Shown: positions 1-9,743 of the stretch, in pieces
Position numbering within the stretch: position 1 is the stretch's first letter
How the letters are laid out: each line of letters opens with the position of its first letter
Assembly (NCBI GenBank): GCA_040219255.1
Contig: JAVJSW010000046.1
Coordinates: 32,001-96,000 of the forward strand
Direction of reading: 5' to 3'
DNA: 64,000 nt
Source of the DNA: Sumerlaeia bacterium
GTDB taxonomy: Bacteria; Sumerlaeota; Sumerlaeia; SLMS01; JAHLLQ01
Position numbers and translations under genes: made by a program
Notes under the pieces: generated by a model
Told to the model about the DNA's origin: nothing
The model's database searches: none
Seen by the model: only the letters and a program-made list of their open reading frames with translations

Positions 1-238
1 TGTTGACCGGTTCCCGCGGCGCGGGGGGCGGATCCACCGGTTCCTCGCGCGGCGGCGGGGGAGGGGCCGCTTTCGCGTTCGGTTTGCGGGCCGGGGGGCG
101 CGGCCCCGCCAGTTCAAAAGGCTCACGCCTGCGGGGCTCCAGGTGTTCCCGCACGGCATCGGCCGCCACGGCATGCGCCGGCTGGCGGCGCGGCTCCAGC
201 CGGTCCATCTCTCGGTAGTCATAAGGCATCCAGGTCAT
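1..238 (-). CDS. Partial Pro-rich hypothetical protein (runs off the window start)
   Basis: Hand-translated open frame from ATG at 238: MTWMPYDYREMDRLEPRRQPAH...PPPPPREEPVDPPPAPREPVN. Purine-rich upstream sequence; divergent from the hsp20 pair. Confidence 0.4.
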   Translation of the reverse strand, partial: MTWMPYDYREMDRLEPRRQPAHAVAADAVREHLEPRRREPFELAGPRPPARKPNAKAAPPPPPREEPVDPPPAPREPVN

Positions 239-632
239 CTCGTCGTCTCTTTCCGATGCGCGCCGGTCTTTGCGAGTCCAAGCGTCGCGGGGTTTGGTTT
301 TGCCCACTCAAGAGGACAGAATCGTGCCAAGGGAGCCGGACTGGAAAATGGCGACTTACGGTGGATTTTCGCCCCGTCGCGGGGCGCTGCACCGTCGCAT
401 CGGATCGCGTGCGACGGTTCCGGCCGCCGTGCGACGCCCCTGCGACGTCGCAGCTTCGTCGCGCACCGGTGCGTCATCGCCTCGCATTCACCACTCGTCT
501 GGTCTTAACCTAGATAAATCAGTGCGTTACGATTTCTGTCCGGCTTGGCCCAACCCTTGAAAATACCCTTGCCGAACGCCGCGAGATCACCTCCGGCGAC
601 GCTCCCAATGTCTGACTCTGGAGGTCACACCT

Positions 633-1097
633 ATGGCTACTACATTCGATCCCTTCCGCGAACTTGAAGTCCTGCGCCGCGAAATGGAGCGCGTCTTCAA
701 CGGCGCCGCGTCCACCCCGGCCGCCAACCGCCTTCGCAACGCGTTTCTGCCGGGCCGTTCCGCCCGCACCTATCCGCTGGTGAACATGGCGGAGAACGAA
801 GACGGCTACATCGTCGAAGCCCTCGCCCCCGGCATCGACCCCGAGAAGCTTGAGGTCTCGGTGCTGGGCAACACCCTGACCATTTCCGGCGAGAAGGGCG
901 GCGTCCTCTCGGACGTTCCCGCCGAGAAGGTCCATCGCGCCGAGCGTGCCGCCGCGCGCTTCACCCGCACGATCAAACTGCCCGTCGCCATTGCCGACGA
1001 AGGCACCAGCGCCAAGTACGAGAACGGCGTCCTTCGCCTCGAACTGCCCAAGGCCGAAGCGTCCAAGCCCCGCAAGGTGCTGGTCCACGCCGCCTAA
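633..1097 (+). CDS. Hsp20/alpha-crystallin small heat-shock protein
   Basis: FDPFRELE N-terminus, APGIDPEKLEV, SAKYENGVLRLELPK, C-terminal KVLV (IxI-like); GGAGG RBS. Confidence 0.95.
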   Translation: MATTFDPFRELEVLRREMERVFNGAASTPAANRLRNAFLPGRSARTYPLVNMAENEDGYIVEALAPGIDPEKLEVSVLGNTLTISGEKGGVLSDVPAEKVHRAERAAARFTRTIKLPVAIADEGTSAKYENGVLRLELPKAEASKPRKVLVHAA

Positions 1098-1149
1098 GAG
1101 CGCATCGCGCCCAACCCTGACACAGACACGATTTCCGGAGGAAACACCC

Positions 1150-1566
1150 ATGGCTGAGAACACTGTCGCCACCATCGAAGAAACCAACGGCACCGCCGCC
1201 GCGGCAGAAAGCCGCGAAGTCCAAACCACCCACGAACCGGATCGCTTCGCCACGCCGCCGGTCGATATCTACGAAGACGAGCACGGCCTGATGGTCGTGG
1301 CCGATTTGCCGGGCGCCTCGCAAGACACCATCGAAGTCGGCGTCGAGAACGATCTCCTGACCATCAAGGCCTCGCCGGTACGCGGAGCCGAAGCCGAATG
1401 GCAGGTCCGCGAATTCGCCCCCACCGGCTGGTTCCGTCAGTTCACCTTGAGCAACAAGATCGACCAGACGCGCATCGAGGCGAACTACAAGAATGGCGTG
1501 CTGACCGTGCGCCTGCCCCTGGCGGAAGAAGTCAAACCCCGCCAGATCGCCGTCAAGATCGGCTAA
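1150..1566 (+). CDS. Hsp20/alpha-crystallin small heat-shock protein (second copy)
   Basis: PPVDIYE, ADLPG, ANYKNGVLTVRLP, RQIAV; GGAGG RBS before ATG at 1150. Confidence 0.95.
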   Translation: MAENTVATIEETNGTAAAAESREVQTTHEPDRFATPPVDIYEDEHGLMVVADLPGASQDTIEVGVENDLLTIKASPVRGAEAEWQVREFAPTGWFRQFTLSNKIDQTRIEANYKNGVLTVRLPLAEEVKPRQIAVKIG

Positions 1567-1632
1567 GCCAAGTCTTCTCAAATACTGGGTCGGCTCCGGA
1601 GAACCGTAAACCGGAGGTGGGCCGGGGGAAAT

Positions 1633-1683
1633 ATGCGGGGAAGGAGCCAAGCGTGAGGGCTCCTTCCCCGTGTTCCTTTTTTA
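1633..1683 (+). terminator. Intrinsic terminator after hsp20 pair
   Basis: 13-bp perfect stem CGGGGAAGGAGCC (1636-1648) / GGCTCCTTCCCCG (1658-1670) followed by a T-rich tract. Confidence 0.7.
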
Positions 1684-1847
1684 GTGGGAATCAGCTGCCG
1701 CTGAAAGGCGCGGGGGACGGTCGGCGAAAATCCTCTCCACCCCATCGCTCGCCCACCTACACGGTTGCGCCGCGTTTCGCGCCGGTGCTAGGTCCCCATG
1801 TTGCCTACGCGACCGATAAAAATCTCCCTATGAAGGAACCGTGACCC

Positions 1848-3644
1848 ATGGCCCAAGAGCTCACCTTTTCACAACCCGGCGTCGCCGAACGCATCGCCGA
1901 ATGGACGTCCGAGGAATACCCCGCCGGGACCCGCCAGGAAATCCAGGCGCTGGTGGACGCGGGCGATGTGAAAGAATTGGAAGAGCGCTTCTACCGGGCT
2001 CTGGAGTTCGGCACGGGAGGTCTGCGCGGCCTCCTCGGCGCGGGCACCAACCGCATGAATTCGACCGTCGTGGCCCGCGCGACGCAGGGGCTGGCCAATT
2101 ACGTCAAGGCCCACGCCGATAAGCCCGGTCCCTTCAAAGCCGCCATCGCCCACGACTCGCGCAATTTCAGCCGCGAGTTCGCCGAAACCGCCGCGTCGGT
2201 TCTCGCCGCCAATGGCTTCACGGTTTACATCAGCCCCGAACTGCGCCCCACGCCGTACTTGTCCTTCGCCATCCGGCACCTCGATTGCCACACCGGCATC
2301 GTCGTCACGGCGAGCCATAACCCCAAGGAATACAACGGTTACAAAGTTTACTGGGACGATGGCAGCCAAGTTGTTCCGCCCCATGACAAGGGCATCATCG
2401 CCGAAGTGGACACGGTGGACAACAACGACAAAGTCCACACCATCGCCTTTGACGAGGGGGTCAAGAACGGCTCGATCATCGTCATGGGCGAGGACATCGA
2501 CCAAGCGTACCTGGACGCCATCAAGAAGGTGTCGATCCTGCCGGACGCGATCGCGAACAACCCGGTCGAGGTCGTGTACACGCCCCTCCACGGCGTTGGT
2601 GGAACATTGACGCCCAAGGCTTTGGAGATGTGGGGCTTCAAGAATGTGCACTGCGAACCGGAGCAGATGAAGCCCGACGGCAATTTCCCGACGTCGGCCT
2701 CGCCGAACCCGGAGGAAGGCGCCGCCCTGGAACGCGCCATCGGCCTCGCCAAGCAGGTGGGCGGCGAACTCGTCCTGGCCACCGACCCGGACGCCGACCG
2801 CCTGGGCATCGCGGTAAAGCACAACGGGGAATTCCGCCTCGTGACAGGCAATCAATTGGCTTGCCTGGTGTGCGACTACGTCCTCGGGCGGCGCAAGGAA
2901 GCGGGCAAGCTACCCGCCAAGCCGGGCGTCGCGACCACGATCGTGACGACGCCATTGATGAACGCCATCGCCGAGAAGTACGACGCCGCCTGCCCCCGCG
3001 TCCTGACCGGTTTCAAGTGGATCGCGAACCAGATCCGGGCCTGGGAAGCGGGCCGCGACGGTGGCTGCACCTTCCTGTACGGGACCGAGGAATCCTACGG
3101 TTACATGATCGGCGATCACTGCCGAGACAAGGATGGCATCGTCGCCTGCTGCGTCACGGCGGAGGCCGCCGCCTGGGCCAAGGGCCAGGGCATGACCCTG
3201 ATCGACTACCTCGACGACCTTTACCTCCAGCACGGCCCGCGCATGGAATGGCAGAAGTCGGTCACCATGCCCGGCATGGAAGGCGGAGCCAAGATCAAGA
3301 AGATCATGGAGGACCTCAAAGCCGCTCCGCCCAAGGAAATCGGCGGCGTCAAAGTCACCCGCGTCACCCGCGTCGACACCGGCGAAGTCCTCGACGGCCA
3401 GACCGGCGCGAAGTCCGGCACCATCGACCTGCCGAAGAGCAACGTCGTGCTGCTCGACCTGGCCGACGGCAGCATGGCCGTCGCCCGCCCCAGCGGCACC
3501 GAGCCGAAAGTGAAGTTCTATTTCTTCCTGGTGGGCGAAAAGCAAAGCGACATCGCCGGCGTTCGGCAAGCGCTGGCGGGCCTGGAAAAGAAGAAAGGGG
3601 AATTCCAGGCGGCGTTCCTCAAGGCCATCGGCGCCGAGGTGTGA
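1848..3644 (+). CDS. pgm: Phosphoglucomutase/phosphomannomutase (alpha-D-phosphohexomutase)
   Basis: FGTGGLRG, TASHNP (phosphoserine loop), DPDADR metal loop, GTEES, RPSGTEPK. Confidence 0.93.
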   Translation: MAQELTFSQPGVAERIAEWTSEEYPAGTRQEIQALVDAGDVKELEERFYRALEFGTGGLRGLLGAGTNRMNSTVVARATQGLANYVKAHADKPGPFKAAIAHDSRNFSREFAETAASVLAANGFTVYISPELRPTPYLSFAIRHLDCHTGIVVTASHNPKEYNGYKVYWDDGSQVVPPHDKGIIAEVDTVDNNDKVHTIAFDEGVKNGSIIVMGEDIDQAYLDAIKKVSILPDAIANNPVEVVYTPLHGVGGTLTPKALEMWGFKNVHCEPEQMKPDGNFPTSASPNPEEGAALERAIGLAKQVGGELVLATDPDADRLGIAVKHNGEFRLVTGNQLACLVCDYVLGRRKEAGKLPAKPGVATTIVTTPLMNAIAEKYDAACPRVLTGFKWIANQIRAWEAGRDGGCTFLYGTEESYGYMIGDHCRDKDGIVACCVTAEAAAWAKGQGMTLIDYLDDLYLQHGPRMEWQKSVTMPGMEGGAKIKKIMEDLKAAPPKEIGGVKVTRVTRVDTGEVLDGQTGAKSGTIDLPKSNVVLLDLADGSMAVARPSGTEPKVKFYFFLVGEKQSDIAGVRQALAGLEKKKGEFQAAFLKAIGAEV

Positions 3645-3719
3645 CCCCTGCAAGGGCTCAGCGGGCAGGGGCGGGTGCGGAGTCTTCAGCTGACCCGGGA
3701 ACCGTCAGTGCGATTCCGG

Positions 3720-4622
3720 TCACTCGTGCTCGCCGGGAAGGCGCGAGGCGATGAGGAAGGTTTCCAGCAGTTCGACCGTTTGGTTGTGGTCGCGCTCGCG
3801 GGTTACGATGAAAACGGCGTTTTGGCCGGCGAGCCAATCGCTGGTGATATCGGTGTCCTCGCGCACGGCGAAGGGAAAATCCGCTTTGGACAGCCGAGCC
3901 ATCATTTGAGCATTCTCGGGCGCGAGATGATCGGTGAATAGGCTGAACAATTGATGGTCTGGATGGGCCTGAATCCAATTCGTGAAATCATCGAAATGAG
4001 AATAGGATGCATCGAGCAGGAAGACGGCGGAAACGCGGTCGTCCAGGCCGCCGTGGCGCAGGCTCCGGGCAATGCCCCGAAAGGCGCCGCTGTGGCCTGA
4101 GAGGATGACCTGGCCAAGCTTTGAGTCATCCGGCGCCTTGCTGTCCGCTTTCAATTTCGCCAGCACTTCTTCGGCCAGCCGGGCGATTCCGCCTTCCTCT
4201 TCCAGTTTCCCCAGGCCCGAATCGGAAGCGTCCTTGGGACCTTCCGGAAAGACGAAGACGACGTTCTTGCCCGAGTTGGAAACCTGTTCCAGAAGGCGGA
4301 ATTCGTTGGCCGCCTTCTCGATGCTGTTTCCCCAGCCGTGAAAGTAAAACAGCAGATGGGTCTCGGGTCCGGGTCGATAGTTCGCCGAGAGATAAAGCAG
4401 CACGGAATTGTCGCTGTAATGCTTGTCCGCCGGAAAGAACGTTTCGCCGTAGCTATGGCCCTCGGCGCGCGATTCGTGAGGAAAGGGAGCGTTTTCCATC
4501 GGCACGAGGGTCATTTCGCCGGGGGCGGAATCGGGGGTGGGGTGCCATTCGGCACGTGCCACGGAGCCGAGGCAACAGAGCGCCGTCAGGAGGAAAATCT
4601 TGCGTAGGGCATCGGTAATCAT
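3720..4622 (-). CDS. Secreted alpha/beta-hydrolase-fold protein
   Basis: Signal peptide (ARA), FHGWG oxyanion segment, GHSGA nucleophile elbow, late DH. Confidence 0.65.
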   Translation of the reverse strand: MITDALRKIFLLTALCCLGSVARAEWHPTPDSAPGEMTLVPMENAPFPHESRAEGHSYGETFFPADKHYSDNSVLLYLSANYRPGPETHLLFYFHGWGNSIEKAANEFRLLEQVSNSGKNVVFVFPEGPKDASDSGLGKLEEEGGIARLAEEVLAKLKADSKAPDDSKLGQVILSGHSGAFRGIARSLRHGGLDDRVSAVFLLDASYSHFDDFTNWIQAHPDHQLFSLFTDHLAPENAQMMARLSKADFPFAVREDTDITSDWLAGQNAVFIVTRERDHNQTVELLETFLIASRLPGEHE

Positions 4623-4683
4623 GGCGGCGCCTTTCCGGGAGCGGATTATGACACGACGTCTCGCCTGAGCGAACCGAGCGGCG

Positions 4684-5178
4684 CTACGAGAGTTTTTCGA
4701 CGATCCACTCCACCGCCTTGTCCGGGCTCAGCGCGACCGGCACGAGGATCGCCCCCTCGGGCGGTTCCAGGTCGGCGAACTGTCCCGCCAGGATCGCCTC
4801 GAACCCGGTGACGAGGGGATGGCCCTCCGCCGCGCGCCGCCGCAGCCGCTCGGTGATGGCGTCGGAAGTTCCCTCCAGATAAACGAATCGTGCACCGGGT
4901 GCGTGGCGGGTGAGGGCATCGCGGTAGGCCTTCTTCAGCGCCGAGCAAGCCAGCACGGCGCCGCCGCCCACCTCCCACTGGCGAATGGCTTGGGAGAGGT
5001 CCGCGAGCCAGGGCCATCGATCCGCGTCGTTCAGCGGCAACCCGCATTGCAGCTTGGCCCGGTTGGCTGGCGGATGCCAGTCGTCGGCGTCTTGGAACGG
5101 CAGGTGGAGTGCCTTGGCGAGCGCCCGCCCGACGGTGGTTTTGCCCGCTCCGGTGACGCCCATCACGACGACGATCAT
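4684..5178 (-). CDS. gntK: Gluconokinase (GntK/IdnK family)
   Basis: MGVTGAGKTT P-loop, DADDWHP, PLNDADRWPWL, ACSALKKAYR, QFADLEPP. Confidence 0.92.
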   Translation of the reverse strand: MIVVVMGVTGAGKTTVGRALAKALHLPFQDADDWHPPANRAKLQCGLPLNDADRWPWLADLSQAIRQWEVGGGAVLACSALKKAYRDALTRHAPGARFVYLEGTSDAITERLRRRAAEGHPLVTGFEAILAGQFADLEPPEGAILVPVALSPDKAVEWIVEKLS

Positions 5179-5278
5179 CAACTCTCCCGCCTTTCCCGTG
5201 ACGAAGGATTCAAATTGAAGCGGATTCTGAACCAGACTGGCGTTGCGGATAAGGGGAATTTTCTCGGATCGGCTCGCA

Positions 5279-8200
5279 TTATTCCGGATTCTGTTCCTCC
5301 GATTTCTCCGCTTCCTCCCTCTGCCGCGCCAGTTCCCGCTCCTGTTCGGCGCGCGGCTTCGTGAACCGCCCCAGTACCAGGTACAGCGGTGGCACCAGGA
5401 AAAGCGTCATCAACGTGGCCACCACGATCCCCGATATGATGACAAGGCCAATGGCTTGGCGGCCTTCCGCCCCGGCGCCGGAGGCGAGCACGAGCGGCAG
5501 GGCGCCGAGCAGCGTGGAAGCCGACGTCATCAGCACCGGCCTCAGGCGGACCTTGGCGGCCTCGCGGGTGGCGTCGCGCAGGCTGCTCTCGCGGTTGCGG
5601 AGCTGGTTGGCGAACTCGACCACCAGGATGGAGTTCTTCGCCATCAAGCCAATGAGCATGACCAGCGCGATTTGAGAGTACACATTGAGCGTCCCGCCGA
5701 AAATCAGCAGCGCCCCTAGTGCTCCCACCAGCGCCAGAGGCACCGCGGACAGAATCGTCAGCGGATCCAGGAAGCTTTCGAACTGCGCCGCCAGAACCAG
5801 GTAGGCGAGCACCAGGGCGAAGGCGAAGACGTAATAGATGCGCTGGGCTGACTCGCGGTATTCGCGCGCCTGGCCCAGGTAGGTGAAGCGCGCCTGCTCC
5901 GGCAGCAGTTCCTCCGCCCGCGACTCCAGCCGATTCAGCGCGTTGCCGAGCGACGTGCCCTCGGCCAGCGACGCCGTGATCGTGGCGGCGGAGAGCTTGT
6001 TGACGCCTCGGTAGGCCTGGGGCGCGCCGATCAGCCTGGTCTCCACGAGACTCGCCAGCGGAATCAGGCGCCCCGTCTCCGGCACGCGGACAAAGACATT
6101 CCGCAGGTCCTCCGGCGCGTTTTTGTCGCTGGGGCGGGCTTCGACGATGACGTCGTAGAGTTCGTTGCGATCCACGTAATCGGTCACTTCCCGCGTGCCG
6201 AAGAGCGTGCCAAGCGTTTCGCCGATGGTGCGGGCGTCGATGCCGAGATCGGCGGCCAGTTCGCGGTTCACCGTCACTTCCAATTGGGGCTTGGTCGATT
6301 CCAGGTTCATGCGCGGATTCTGGATCGCGGGGATCTGGCGGGCCGCGTTCAGCACTTGCTCGCCCCAATCCTTCACCGTGTCGTAGTTCGGGCCCTGGAC
6401 CACGAACTGGACCGGCTGATTGGTTCCGCGCAGATTGAACCCGGGCGGGTTCACGGGAATGACCTGCGCCCCAGGCAGACCCATCAGTTGGGGCCGAAGA
6501 CGTTCGACCAGCTCCATCTGAGACATGTCGCGCTCGCCCCATGGAACCAGCTTCACGATCAGGAAGGCTTCGTTGACCGGGGTGGACTGGGCGCCGCCGG
6601 GGGCCAGGATCGAAATGACGCGGTCGATGATCCGGGGGGGCTGGTCCTTGCCGTTTCCAGGGTCTTCTTGCGCCGCGGCTTCTCCGGACTCGAAGTCCCC
6701 TCCCCGTCCACGGGCGAAGTCGTTCGTGCCATATGGGGCCAGGATCGCCAGCACCTGCTCCACCACCTCGCGGGTCGAGGCGAGGGTGTTGCCCTGCGGA
6801 CCCTCGATCACTACGTAGAACGTGCCCCGGTCCTCCGTGGGGGCCAGTTCCTGGGGCACGGCGCGATAGAGGAAATACACCGCTGCGAAGCCCCCGAGAA
6901 TCACCAGGGGGGCGAGCCAGGCCGCCTTCAGAATGAGGCCCAGCAGGGCGCTGTAGAAGCGTTCGAGGACCTGGAAGCCTTTGTCCACCCAGCGTCCGAC
7001 GAAGTTCTTCAACTTGTCGGCCCGCAGAATCTTCGAGCACAACGTCGGCGTCAGCGTCAGCGCGACGAAGCTGGAGAAAATCACGGCGAAGGCCAGCGTC
7101 AGTCCGAACTCGGTGAACAGGCGGCCAATGCGGCCCGACTGGAAGCTGATGGGCACGAACACCGCCACCAGGACGGCCGTCGTGGCGATCACGGCGAAAC
7201 CGACCTCGCGGACGCCGTTGACGGTGGCCAGCAGGCGTGGCTCGCCCATTTCCAGACGCCGGTAGATGTTCTCGATCACCACGATGGCGTCGTCCACCAC
7301 CAGCCCGATAGCCAGAATCACCGCCAGCAACGTCAGCACGTTGATCGAAAACCCGAGCACGAACAGGACGGAGAACGTCGCCAGGATGGACACCGGGATC
7401 GTGATGGCTGGGATGATTGTGGCGCGGAAGGAGCCCAGCACGAAGAAGATCACGGCAATCACCAGTCCGAGGGCGATGGCCATGGTCAGAAGGACTTGGC
7501 GGATGGATTCCTCAATGTAGAGCGATTGGTCGTAGGAGACGCTGAAGGCGATATCCGGCGGCACCGTCGCACGCAACTGGTCCAACTGATCGCGGACGTT
7601 CTGGGCCACCGTCAGGGTATTCGCGTCGGTCTGGCGGATGATGCCGAGGCCGATGGCTTCTTTGCGATTTTCCAGCACCAGCGATCGAACATTGGCGGGG
7701 CCGATTCGGACTTCGGCGACGTCTTCCAGGAGGACGCGGCCTTGCTCGTCGCCAGCGTCGCGGACCACCATGGAACGGAATTCCTCTGGCCTGGCGAAGC
7801 GCGTCGTGGCGCGGACGACGGTTTCGCGGGTGCCGCCTTCGATGCGGCCGGCGGGCAGTTCCACGTTCTCGCGCCGCAGCGCGTCCGTTACGTCCGAGAC
7901 CGTCACATCGCGGGCCGCCATCGCCTCGCGGTCCAGGAAAACGCGCATCGCGTAACGCCGTTCGCCGCCCACCAGAACCCGCGCCACGCCGTTGACGATG
8001 GACAGCGGATCGACCAGGTTGCGCTCGGCGAAGTCCGTCAGTTCCAGGGGCGAGCGTTTGTCGCTCGTCAGCGTAATCCACATCATGGCGCTGCCGCCGC
8101 CAGTGTCGGCTTTTTCCACGATGGGGCGCTCGGCGCGGTCGGGCAGTTCGTTGATGACCTGGTTGACCGATTCGCGGACATCCACGGCGGCGAGGTCGAT

Positions 8201-8500
8201 GTCGCGGCTGGTCTGGAATTGAATGCGGATGCTGCTGACTTCGTTGCGGCTGGTGGATTCGATGACGTCCACGCCGCGGATACCGCTGATGACTTCCTCG
8301 AGCCTTTCGGTGATTTCCGCGTCCATCACGGAGGCCGCGGCGCCGCGATAGAAGGTCTGCACCGTCACGATCGGCGGGTCGATGTCCGGGTACTGGCGCA
8401 CCGGCAACCGCAGCAGCGCTGCCACGCCGAGCACAATCAACAGCAAGCCGGCCACGAGCGACAGCACCGGCCGGCGGACGGGAAGCGAGGCGCCTTGCAT
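5279..8500 (-). CDS. RND efflux transporter permease (AcrB/AcrD/AcrF family)
   Basis: 1073 aa; YPDIDPP, IGLVVDDAIVVIEN, KNSILVVEF, RLRPVLMT motifs. Confidence 0.95.
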   Translation of the reverse strand: MQGASLPVRRPVLSLVAGLLLIVLGVAALLRLPVRQYPDIDPPIVTVQTFYRGAAASVMDAEITERLEEVISGIRGVDVIESTSRNEVSSIRIQFQTSRDIDLAAVDVRESVNQVINELPDRAERPIVEKADTGGGSAMMWITLTSDKRSPLELTDFAERNLVDPLSIVNGVARVLVGGERRYAMRVFLDREAMAARDVTVSDVTDALRRENVELPAGRIEGGTRETVVRATTRFARPEEFRSMVVRDAGDEQGRVLLEDVAEVRIGPANVRSLVLENRKEAIGLGIIRQTDANTLTVAQNVRDQLDQLRATVPPDIAFSVSYDQSLYIEESIRQVLLTMAIALGLVIAVIFFVLGSFRATIIPAITIPVSILATFSVLFVLGFSINVLTLLAVILAIGLVVDDAIVVIENIYRRLEMGEPRLLATVNGVREVGFAVIATTAVLVAVFVPISFQSGRIGRLFTEFGLTLAFAVIFSSFVALTLTPTLCSKILRADKLKNFVGRWVDKGFQVLERFYSALLGLILKAAWLAPLVILGGFAAVYFLYRAVPQELAPTEDRGTFYVVIEGPQGNTLASTREVVEQVLAILAPYGTNDFARGRGGDFESGEAAAQEDPGNGKDQPPRIIDRVISILAPGGAQSTPVNEAFLIVKLVPWGERDMSQMELVERLRPQLMGLPGAQVIPVNPPGFNLRGTNQPVQFVVQGPNYDTVKDWGEQVLNAARQIPAIQNPRMNLESTKPQLEVTVNRELAADLGIDARTIGETLGTLFGTREVTDYVDRNELYDVIVEARPSDKNAPEDLRNVFVRVPETGRLIPLASLVETRLIGAPQAYRGVNKLSAATITASLAEGTSLGNALNRLESRAEELLPEQARFTYLGQAREYRESAQRIYYVFAFALVLAYLVLAAQFESFLDPLTILSAVPLALVGALGALLIFGGTLNVYSQIALVMLIGLMAKNSILVVEFANQLRNRESSLRDATREAAKVRLRPVLMTSASTLLGALPLVLASGAGAEGRQAIGLVIISGIVVATLMTLFLVPPLYLVLGRFTKPRAEQERELARQREEAEKSEEQNPE

Positions 8501-9672
8501 CAGGAGGGCCGCTTTCCGCCGCCGCCCTGGCCCGCGCCGCCGGATGGCTTCTCGGTCGTAACCGGCATGCCTTCCGTCAGGTTCTGCGTGCCCTGGACAA
8601 TCACGGCGTCATCGGGGGCCAGGCCTTCGCGAATTTCGACCATGCCTTCGCGGCGGTGGCCGGTGGTCACTTCGCGGCGGCTGGCCTGGCCGTCCGCGAT
8701 GACAAAGACGTATTTCGAGTCGCCGCGCAGAATCAGCGCCGACTCCGGCACCTGGATCGCATCCGCGCGCCGCTCCACGACCAACTCGACCTGCACGAAC
8801 ATGCCCGGTTTGAAGAGCCCATCGCCGTTGTCGAAGTGCGCTTCGGCGGGGATCTGACGGGTTTGGGGATCGACGCGGTTATCGACCGTGACGACTTCGC
8901 CTTCGACGCGCTCGTCTTTCAGAGCCTGGGGCGAGGCATAAACCGTGCGGCCCGGTTCGAGGATGGTGAGGTATTCCTCCGGCACGGCGAAGAGTACCTC
9001 CATCGGATCGAGCGTCCGCAGCGTGGTGATGACCGTTCCGGGCTCGACCAGCGATCCGGGTGAAACGCGACGCAGGCCGAGCTGGCCGGAAAACGGCGCC
9101 CGGATCGTGTAGTCGTCCAGCCGCTCCTCCAACTCGGCGAGTTCGGCGCGTGTCGTTTCGTATTCCGTTTGCCGGTCCTCGTATTCAGCCGCCGAGATCA
9201 CCCCTCCTTCGAACAACTCCTCCGCCCGCGCCGCGTCCTTCCGCCGATTCGCCGTTTGCTCCTCCAGCTTCTCCAAGCGTGCGCGGAGCGTTGAAGCGTC
9301 GAGGCGCAGCAGCAACTCGTCATCCTCTGCATACTCGCCTTCGGTGAAAGCGATCTCGGCGACGATGCCGCTGACTTCGGCGGTGATGTCGGCCGATTCG
9401 ACGGCCTTCGCGGTGCCGACGCTTTCGATGGTGACCTGGATGTCAGAGACGGTGGGCTCTTCGGCGATGACGTATTGAGCGCGAGGGCCGCTCTGTTGTT
9501 CAGCGCCGCCGCCTTCGCCCTGCTGGCCGGGGGCTTGGCGCTGCTCTGCCGATGATTGGCCGGCAGAATCGCCGCCGGAGCCATTCTCCGTCCCGGAGCA
9601 AGCGCTCAACGCGACGGCGGCGATCAGGGTTATGATGGGGACGGAAAAGCAATTCATGGCAGGCAATAACAA
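8500..9672 (-). CDS. RND periplasmic adaptor (MFP) lipoprotein
   Basis: Lipobox LSAC, IRAPFSG, lipoyl/hairpin architecture; stop overlaps the permease start. Exact start codon uncertain (9672 or 9657). Confidence 0.9.
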   Translation of the reverse strand: MLLPAMNCFSVPIITLIAAVALSACSGTENGSGGDSAGQSSAEQRQAPGQQGEGGGAEQQSGPRAQYVIAEEPTVSDIQVTIESVGTAKAVESADITAEVSGIVAEIAFTEGEYAEDDELLLRLDASTLRARLEKLEEQTANRRKDAARAEELFEGGVISAAEYEDRQTEYETTRAELAELEERLDDYTIRAPFSGQLGLRRVSPGSLVEPGTVITTLRTLDPMEVLFAVPEEYLTILEPGRTVYASPQALKDERVEGEVVTVDNRVDPQTRQIPAEAHFDNGDGLFKPGMFVQVELVVERRADAIQVPESALILRGDSKYVFVIADGQASRREVTTGHRREGMVEIREGLAPDDAVIVQGTQNLTEGMPVTTEKPSGGAGQGGGGKRPS

Positions 9673-9743
9673 GGGACGGGACTGGCCACGAGGGCCGCCC
9701 GAAGCATCGACTCAAGAAGCTTGCCAGCAGGGGAGAGTCGAAC

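Noticed and set aside
300-632. CIRCE, HAIR or sigma32 heat-shock elements upstream of hsp20
   Set aside because: Only half-matches were found (ACTCAAG near 305, CTTGAA near 556) without the partner half-site or a CCCCAT -10.
5178-8857. Long alternative ORFs 5178-7040 (-) and 6284-8857 (+)
   Set aside because: Off-frame or antisense shadows of the RND permease.
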